From assembly GCA_050011835.1 (NCBI GenBank), contig JBEKII010000004.1, positions 8,386 to 72,385 on the forward strand: a stretch of 64,000 nt of DNA. Reading direction: 5' to 3'. Made by a program: the position numbers and the translations under genes. The stretch comes from Minisyncoccia bacterium (GTDB lineage: Bacteria > Patescibacteriota > Minisyncoccia > Phycocordibacterales > Phycocordibacteraceae). Under the pieces are notes generated by a model, which was not told where the DNA came from, searched no databases, and saw nothing but the letters and a program-made list of their open reading frames with translations. This document shows positions 57,780 through 64,000 of this stretch, piece by piece (positions within the stretch are counted from its first letter, which is position 1; each line of letters begins with the position of its first letter).

Positions 57780-59501
57780 CTATACCAAGCGGATATTAAG
57801 AAGTCGCAGGCGCGGATTTCCTCGACCGAACGTATCACGCTCGAGATGCGCGAGAATGTCCGCGCGGCGTCCTCGCGTACCGTCGCTTATCGAGCGCGCG
57901 AGAGTTCCTTTTGCGAAAAAAGCTACCGCGTCAATGGCTTGTTCGCGCTCATCGGAAGAGCCAATTTTTAATTTGACATGTTCTTGTCCTTTCCCGAAGT
58001 GTGAAATCTCTCGCACGACAATTCCTCGCAACAAAAATATCGGCTTTGGATTCTGCACGCCAAACGGCGCGAGTTTTTCCATCTTCGTAAGAAAGGATGG
58101 ATGCAGTTCTTTCGGCGCAACTTCGGCATCAGCGTGCATCTCGAGCGTATCGGCGGCATCCGTACCGATGCGTGTGTACGCCTCAACTAGTCTATCTTCA
58201 AGAAAAAATATTGCGTCGTCTCTGACGGTAAAACCGCCCGCCTTCGAGTGGCCGCCAAATTCAACGAATGTTTTTTCTGTCGCGCGCATAAGCTCAAGCG
58301 CGTGCACGCTGCCGCCGCTCCGCACCGATCCTTTGATGCTCCCGTTTCCTTCCCGCCCCCAGAGGAACACGGGCCGTTCATATTCATCCGCAATGCCGCC
58401 CGCGACAAGGCCCAAAAGTGCCGGCCGCCACTGCGGATCCCCGAGCGCGATGACGGTTCGCACCTCGCCGCGTTCTCTCAAACGCGCACGCACAGCGCGC
58501 GTGAGAGCGCCCGCTTCGGCTTTCCGAGTCCGGTTCGCCTTCTCAAGCTTTGTAGCAAGCGAGCCGGCCTCGTTCTCGTCGGTGGTCGTGAAGAGGCGGA
58601 ACGCATCGCGCGCATCGCCCATGCGGCTTGCGGCGTTTATCCGGGGAGCGAGCATAAAGCCAATGTCATCTTCAGTGAGCGCGCGCTGGTCGGTCCGCAT
58701 CAGGCGACAGAGTTTTTGAAGGCCGATGCGCGGCGACTTGTGCAATACCATCAGTCCGTAGGTCGCGAGCACGCGATTCTCATTTATAAGCGGGACCATA
58801 TCCGCGATGGTTGCGAGCCCCACCATATCGAGGAGCCACTTTTCCCATCCCGTCGGCACTTTCTCACGCAGAGATGGCTCAATGGTGAGCGTTGCACGTA
58901 CGAGTTTCCACGCGATGCCCGCGCCGCAGAGCTCGCGGAAAGGATATTTCTCATCGACACGCGCATTCGGATTGACGACGGCGAACGCGTCGGGAAGTTT
59001 TTCTCCGGCGATGTGATGATCAGTGACAATAACCTCTATATCGAGTTCTTTTGCGCGCGCAATTGATTCGATATCGGTGATGCCAGAGTCCACCGTGACG
59101 ATAAGTTTTACCGCATTCTTTGCAAGCCCTTCAACGCCGTCGATGTTCATGCCATACCCTTCGTCATGTCGGTGCGGAATATAAATTTCAAAATTCGCGC
59201 CAACTTTTTTGAGAAAGTCGTGCAGGATAACGCTGCCCGGAATGCCGTCGCAGTCATAATCGCTCCAGATGGCAATCTTTTCTCCCGATCGGATTGCCGT
59301 AGCAAGCCGCTCGACGGCCCTTTTCATATCAGTCATTAAGAACGGATCGTATAAATGCTCTTCGTAGGAAGGATTGAGAAATTTCTCGGCTTCTTCTCTT
59401 GTCGAAATGCCGCGGCGCGCGAGAAGGGCGGCGGTGAGGTCATCGTATGCAATGAGTTCCGCGCGAAGCGTCTCGTCAAGCGGGTCGTGGAGCGGAAACA
59501 T
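57780..59501 (-). CDS. recJ: Single-stranded-DNA-specific exonuclease RecJ
   Basis: DHH motifs DYDCDGI, VTDHH; DHHA1 domain. Confidence 0.85.
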   Translation of the reverse strand: MFPLHDPLDETLRAELIAYDDLTAALLARRGISTREEAEKFLNPSYEEHLYDPFLMTDMKRAVERLATAIRSGEKIAIWSDYDCDGIPGSVILHDFLKKVGANFEIYIPHRHDEGYGMNIDGVEGLAKNAVKLIVTVDSGITDIESIARAKELDIEVIVTDHHIAGEKLPDAFAVVNPNARVDEKYPFRELCGAGIAWKLVRATLTIEPSLREKVPTGWEKWLLDMVGLATIADMVPLINENRVLATYGLMVLHKSPRIGLQKLCRLMRTDQRALTEDDIGFMLAPRINAASRMGDARDAFRLFTTTDENEAGSLATKLEKANRTRKAEAGALTRAVRARLRERGEVRTVIALGDPQWRPALLGLVAGGIADEYERPVFLWGREGNGSIKGSVRSGGSVHALELMRATEKTFVEFGGHSKAGGFTVRDDAIFFLEDRLVEAYTRIGTDAADTLEMHADAEVAPKELHPSFLTKMEKLAPFGVQNPKPIFLLRGIVVREISHFGKGQEHVKLKIGSSDEREQAIDAVAFFAKGTLARSISDGTRGRRADILAHLERDTFGRGNPRLRLLNIRLV

Positions 59502-59525
59502 GTGGCCTTATTGTATACTTGCCGC

Positions 59526-59936
59526 ATGGAAGACACTATTTTTATGAAAATCATTCGGCGCGAGGTTCCCGCCGAAATTGTGTATGAAGACGATGACACT
59601 CTCGCTTTTCTGGACATACAGCCGACTGCGCCCGGCCACACACTCGTCATTTCAAAGAAACCGGTCGAGAACATCTTTGATGTTGACGATGAAACGCTGG
59701 CCGCCGTGATGCGCACGGTTCGAAAGATCGCGCCTGCTGTGCGCGATGCGGTAGGCGCGCATGGTGTGCACGTCAATTCAAATCACGGAGCATCGGCCGG
59801 GCAAATCGTCAATCATCTTCACTTTCACATCATCCCGCGCCGTTCCCGCAGCGAGTTCTCTTTCTGGCCACAGAAGAATTATCCTTCCGGTGACGCCGCG
59901 ACAATCGCTGAGAAAATTCGTCAGGCGCTTAAATAA
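59526..59936 (+). CDS. HIT family hydrolase
   Basis: Histidine triad HLHFHIIPR; start trimmed to MEDTIFMKIIRREVP. Confidence 0.8.
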   Translation: MEDTIFMKIIRREVPAEIVYEDDDTLAFLDIQPTAPGHTLVISKKPVENIFDVDDETLAAVMRTVRKIAPAVRDAVGAHGVHVNSNHGASAGQIVNHLHFHIIPRRSRSEFSFWPQKNYPSGDAATIAEKIRQALK

Positions 59937-61021
59937 TTGTTGAGAGCTTCAATGCCCGGCAAGGTGCCATAGGCGAGGAAATCTAGCATTGCCCCGCCGC
60001 CAGTGGAAACGAAGGAGAAGCGAGACAAAAGGCCGAGATTTTCAATAGAAGCAATTGTATCGCCGCCACCAATGACTGAATGCGCGCTTGAGTCCGCGAC
60101 CGCATGCGCGAAGGCATCTGTCGCATCACTGAATCCATTTTCATAATTTCCTAGTGGGCCATTCCAAAGAATCGCCTTTGCTTTTTTTGCGAGGTCGTCG
60201 AGGAGTGCTATCGTGCCGGAACCGTGATCGAGAATCTTTTCGTCTTTGATAACAAAATCAACGGGCAGAACGAGTTTTGGATTGGCAAGAAATTTTTTGA
60301 GAATGTTCGGATCGGTATCTGAAATGAGCGATTTCCCCACGTCCCGCCCCGACGCTTTCAAAAAATCGTTGGCAAGTGCGCCTCCGACGAACACATGGTC
60401 ATATGTTGCGAGCAGTTTGGCGAGCACAGCTTCTTTTGTCGTGAATTTCGCTCCGCCGATAACGGCGAGTGCGGGGTGTTTTGGTGTAAGCGCGTGCGAC
60501 AATTCCCGCACCTCATCTTCAAGGAGAAATCCGGCATATGAAGGCAGCAATTCAGGAACGGTAACAATGGAGGCATGTGCCCGGTGACACGTATCGAAAC
60601 AATCCTCAACAAATATGTCGCCGAGCGCAGCGAGTTCCCGTGCGAAAGAGCGATCATTCGCCTGTTCGCCTTTATTGCGCCGCAGATTTTCAAGAACGAG
60701 AATCTGGCCTGGCGCGAGATTGTGAATCGCGCTGCGCACGCGCTCCCCGACACTTTCGCCGAAGAATGAGACACCGGAGATAATTTTTCCGAGTGCGCGC
60801 GCAACTGGCTCGAGCGTCTCGGTCCCCTGCTCTCCGATATGACTTATGAGTATAACTTTCGCGCCGCGCTCTGCGAGGAAGCGGATAGTCGGCACGGCGC
60901 GCCGCAAACGATAATCGTTCATAACCCCTCCCTTCTCGATCGGAACATTCATCGCTGCACGTACCAGTATCGGAATATTCTCATATAATCGTATGTCACT
61001 GATGCCGCGCATGCTATACAA
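59921..61021 (-). CDS. pgk: Phosphoglycerate kinase
   Basis: MNVPIEKGGVMNDYRLRRAVPTIRFLAERGAKVILISHIG (RxDxNVP...RI...P), two-domain kinase. Confidence 0.85.
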   Translation of the reverse strand: MYSMRGISDIRLYENIPILVRAAMNVPIEKGGVMNDYRLRRAVPTIRFLAERGAKVILISHIGEQGTETLEPVARALGKIISGVSFFGESVGERVRSAIHNLAPGQILVLENLRRNKGEQANDRSFARELAALGDIFVEDCFDTCHRAHASIVTVPELLPSYAGFLLEDEVRELSHALTPKHPALAVIGGAKFTTKEAVLAKLLATYDHVFVGGALANDFLKASGRDVGKSLISDTDPNILKKFLANPKLVLPVDFVIKDEKILDHGSGTIALLDDLAKKAKAILWNGPLGNYENGFSDATDAFAHAVADSSAHSVIGGGDTIASIENLGLLSRFSFVSTGGGAMLDFLAYGTLPGIEALNNYLSA

Positions 61022-61757
61022 GCTGCTTTATGAGTAACGTGAATGTGTGCGGGTCAACTGATGCGTGCCCGACGAGGAACCCGTCAACGCCCGAAGTGGC
61101 GGCAATAGCGCGGATATTTTCCGGTTCAACCGAGCCGCCGTAGAGTATGAAAGAGCGCGTGGAATTTTTACCCGGCAAGAGCTCCGCGAGCACTTTGCGG
61201 ATGTAGAGCACCATTTCAGTAAGGTCATCCGGTCCGATGGCGAATGCGGCGGTTTTGCCGATAGCCCACAAAGGTTCATAGGCGACGATGACCTTCGTAC
61301 TTTCTTTGGACGCGAGCGGTGTAATCGCGGAGGTAAGTTCTTCGCGGATGACGGTAAGGTAGCGCCCCTCGCCGTCGCGTGCGCTCTCGCCGACACAGAG
61401 GATGGGCGTGAGCCCTTGGGCAAGCGCATGGGCGAGCTTCTGGGCAACGATCGCGTCGGTATCGCCCGCGGAGCGCCGTTCGGAATGTCCGATAATCGCA
61501 TATGTTGCGCCGGCGGCCGCGTATGCACGCGCAGTTACTTCGCCGGTTTCTGATCCCCCTGCTGTCGCGGAAACGTCTTGCGAAGCGAACGCGACCTCAG
61601 ATTTATTTTTTACGGCAAGTGCGCCGAGAAATGGCGCAGGTGGCGCAAGGACGATGTCACACCCGGTCTCGCGCGCCAGCCTCTTGCTTATCGCGAAAAG
61701 TTTTTTCGCTTTCGCATGTTCCTCTACATATGCTTTCCAATTGGCGACGATGAGCAT
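61014..61757 (-). CDS. tpiA: Triosephosphate isomerase
   Basis: ANWKAY, AIGHSERR, YGGSV motifs. Confidence 0.85.
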   Translation of the reverse strand: MLIVANWKAYVEEHAKAKKLFAISKRLARETGCDIVLAPPAPFLGALAVKNKSEVAFASQDVSATAGGSETGEVTARAYAAAGATYAIIGHSERRSAGDTDAIVAQKLAHALAQGLTPILCVGESARDGEGRYLTVIREELTSAITPLASKESTKVIVAYEPLWAIGKTAAFAIGPDDLTEMVLYIRKVLAELLPGKNSTRSFILYGGSVEPENIRAIAATSGVDGFLVGHASVDPHTFTLLIKQLV

Positions 61758-61792
61758 GGGAATAGTATATCAGTCGCCGATTACTCATTTAT

Positions 61793-63214
61793 CTATTTTT
61801 GTTGCCAGTCGACAAATTGCCATTGAGTTGACGTGAAGGGAGTGAAAGGGGGCGGATTTGTTGAATTTTGCCGGTCAAAAGCGTCAATGCGCGTTTGATA
61901 ACCGCCGTCGGAACTTCCACATCCGTTTACCCACCGGGTACCGGTACGCAGGTTTGAAATCGTTGAGCCAAGAATAGTAAGCGTGCCGCGCGGCTCGTAA
62001 GGTCCCGGACAACTGTAGAGGTTACGTCCAAACGCGCCCGATTGCGCAACGAATATTCCGTCAAGTGTCATATTCTGTGGCGAATCGGGAGCGATGAGAA
62101 TATCGTTCGCGCTGATGACCGTGAGACCGTCGCTTCCGTCGGTTGCGGCGTAGGTAATATTGTTATGCAGGACCACGCTCGGTGTCACACCCGTCGTCGT
62201 CACATTTGCAGCAACCACAGTTATCTTGCCAGGAACAACACCTTCAATCCACGTATTGTCCTCTACGAAAATAAGGCCGCATTGCGCTGGTATAGGGAGC
62301 GTCTCGTAAAATGATTCTGCGTTGATAAGTGTGTAGTCAGTCGAGCTGTCAGTGGTATTAATGGGTTGGATGGAAAGCCCGGTGACTGACGTTACTTTGT
62401 TTATCGTGACTGTGCCGTTGCTATTGAAAATGAGGTGATAGCCAAGATTCGGATTCGCATTGTGACCGGAACTCGTGCTGTAGCGCGGCAGGTAAATGCC
62501 GTTTGCCTGCGCGGTCGCTTTCAGTGCGGTGAAATTTGATGCGATACCGCTAAAGTCAACTTGCGGCGTCGGATATACCCAGAGATTTTGGTTTGTGCCT
62601 GTTCCGACAACGCCCGGCGCGGAACGCTGCTCGGGCGAACAGCCGAAATCACTTGTGCAATCCCAGGTTGACAGCGAACTTGAAACGGGCGCGTTAGCGG
62701 TACCATCCATGCGTATACCGCCATTATCGTGATACGGACCGTTGATGATGCGGTCGGAACCGGCCCACACGCTGCTATTTACGATGTAGGAATAGGCCGC
62801 TACCGACGGTTCTGCGAAACGCGCGACAATTTTTGAAGAGACGCCGGGAGCGTCGTTGGGCACGCCCGTGCTCGTAACGCTCATCGATTGCACCGTGCCG
62901 CAGGCGCCATTACTGACGATAGAAAGAGAATAGGTGCCTGCCGTGCCATACTCCGGGTCGGCATACGTGGTTACATAGGGGCCACTATGCCCGGTTCCAT
63001 CGGTCGTATTGTCTGGGAAGTGCGAGAGAAACCATCGATAATATTCAATTCCGGCTTCTGCGATGGCGAACGCTTCGGACTGCTCCCGTGTGAGTTCCTG
63101 CAGATGATTTTGGGCGATGACAAAACCGGAGAGCGCGAGAAGCACGGTAAAAAATACTCCGCCAAAGACGAGGACGAGAAGCATAATCGATCCCTGACGA
63201 TAAAGTTTATTCAT
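61793..63214 (-). CDS. Large pilus-associated secreted protein (possible minor pilin/tip protein) with N-terminal TM anchor
   Basis: N-terminal hydrophobic helix, then a 440-aa beta-rich Gly/Thr/Asn-rich domain; directly downstream of a type IV pilin gene with a 4-nt overlap. Confidence 0.4.
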   Translation of the reverse strand: MNKLYRQGSIMLLVLVFGGVFFTVLLALSGFVIAQNHLQELTREQSEAFAIAEAGIEYYRWFLSHFPDNTTDGTGHSGPYVTTYADPEYGTAGTYSLSIVSNGACGTVQSMSVTSTGVPNDAPGVSSKIVARFAEPSVAAYSYIVNSSVWAGSDRIINGPYHDNGGIRMDGTANAPVSSSLSTWDCTSDFGCSPEQRSAPGVVGTGTNQNLWVYPTPQVDFSGIASNFTALKATAQANGIYLPRYSTSSGHNANPNLGYHLIFNSNGTVTINKVTSVTGLSIQPINTTDSSTDYTLINAESFYETLPIPAQCGLIFVEDNTWIEGVVPGKITVVAANVTTTGVTPSVVLHNNITYAATDGSDGLTVISANDILIAPDSPQNMTLDGIFVAQSGAFGRNLYSCPGPYEPRGTLTILGSTISNLRTGTRWVNGCGSSDGGYQTRIDAFDRQNSTNPPPFTPFTSTQWQFVDWQQK

Positions 63215-63801
63215 AATTGATTCCGCAAGTTGCGCAACGTTGCCCCGCCCGAGAGCGTGAAAGCGACGGGTGCCCGGTTTACGTTTACGTCAACGACAAC
63301 CACAGTTTTGATTGAAGATATTTTTGAGATGTTTATCGGTGTGGAAAGCAGTGCCCCTGTATTGTCAAAATAGGAGAACATCGGCGTTGACGAGGCGTTT
63401 ATGACCGAGGTTGCGATGGTTGACGTTGCGATTGTGGCGCCGACATACGAAGGCGGATTGCCCGACGGTTCCGCAACGACGCGGTAGAGGGTTCCGTTTA
63501 TGAGGATATACGTTACACGCTCAATGACGAAATCGTTATTGACATTCGCATAGAAAGTAATTGACGATGTTGCGACGCTCGCGATTGGATACGATCCGTC
63601 ACTCCCATAGGATGCTTCGCGGAGGTATCGCATCGCATCTTCAACGCCTTGGCGCGCTTGTGCTACCGCGGTTGCCTGTTGGAGCGTGTAGGCGTTCGTT
63701 TTGTAGAAATAAGTCAGCAGTGAGCCGAGGGTAACAAAAATGAGCGCGGTTATCGCAACGACAACGATAGTTTCTATCAACGTGAAAGCATTCCTCGTCA
63801 T
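63211..63801 (-). CDS. Type IV pilin (prepilin-type N-terminal cleavage/methylation domain)
   Basis: MTRNAFTLIETIVVVAITALIFV class-III signal motif (FTLIE with Glu5). Confidence 0.7.
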   Translation of the reverse strand: MTRNAFTLIETIVVVAITALIFVTLGSLLTYFYKTNAYTLQQATAVAQARQGVEDAMRYLREASYGSDGSYPIASVATSSITFYANVNNDFVIERVTYILINGTLYRVVAEPSGNPPSYVGATIATSTIATSVINASSTPMFSYFDNTGALLSTPINISKISSIKTVVVVDVNVNRAPVAFTLSGGATLRNLRNQL

Positions 63802-64000
63802 GGGAGGGTAAGAGTCGTTGTCGCCGTGTGTCCCGAGACGGCGATGCCGGAGAACACTTTTGTTGCGTGTCCGGTCGCAGAAACCGTTGCGCTATAACTG
63901 CCGCTTGAAAGCCCGTTGAAGTAAGCGAGACCACATGCGGAAGTTGGAATTGTCGCCGCGTAACCATTATTCGCCAGAATGACTTCTGCGTTCGCGATGG
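63798..64000 (-). CDS. C-terminal part of another pilin-like/secreted protein (gene start lies beyond the window end)
   Basis: Open frame for 66 codons to the window edge, stop overlapping the pilin ATG (ATGA); Gly/Thr/Ala-rich; hand translation. Confidence 0.35.
   Translation of the reverse strand, partial: IANAEVILANNGYAATIPTSACGLAYFNGLSSGSYSATVSATGHATKVFSGIAVSGHTATTTLTLP

Noticed and set aside
63641-63967. Minus ORF 63641..63967 (108 aa)
   Set aside because: Alternative frame overlapping the well-supported type IV pilin gene and the partial upstream gene; Arg/Cys-rich composition looks spurious

Overview
This 64 kb window looks like a reduced bacterial chromosome segment of a fermentative, CPR/Patescibacteria-like lineage. 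It carries dense small genes on both strands, type IV pilus genes and a chromosomal origin block.

- The headline feature is a complete diversity-generating retroelement (DGR) at about 10.07-12.84 kb. It has a bRT-like reverse transcriptase, an Avd-like accessory gene on the opposite strand, and a 119-bp template repeat (TR). Its matching variable repeat (VR) sits at the 3' end of a 263-aa target gene and differs from the TR at 18 positions. All 18 are TR adenines; no other position differs. The RT coding sequence also contains a (CT)16 dinucleotide microsatellite.
- A large serine recombinase gene abuts and overlaps tRNA-Leu(CAG) and tRNA-Arg(TCT).
- A pilMNO operon lies next to them. A pilB gene further on has an inserted tandem-repeat gene with a duplicated pilB 3' end. 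Type IV pilin genes sit at the window end.
- A fermentative block comprises a [NiFe] hydrogenase (large and small subunits), a 2-oxoacid:ferredoxin oxidoreductase, an ADP-forming acetyl-CoA synthetase, and NifS/NifU, ferredoxin and hydrogenase maturation protease genes.
- An archaeal-type pyruvoyl-dependent arginine decarboxylase is present.
- Two tRNA-Arg genes (GCG and CCG anticodons) occur in tandem, plus tRNA-Ser(TGA) and tRNA-Lys(TTT).
- The origin region has dnaA-dnaN divergent from rpmH-rnpA-yidC.
- A VirB4/VirB3/VirB2-like type IV secretion (T4SS) cluster lies right next to the origin.
- A decayed restriction-modification (RM) remnant is present (methyltransferase specificity-domain fragment).
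- Housekeeping genes include ruvA, ruvB, ruvC, ruvX, yebC, polA, holA, recJ, rnhA, pgk, tpiA, sod, rdgB, the PBP1A gene, a Mur ligase, rpsT and rpmB.
- No CRISPR array was seen.

All calls rest on motif recognition in the supplied translations and direct reading of the nucleotide sequence; no database search was possible.
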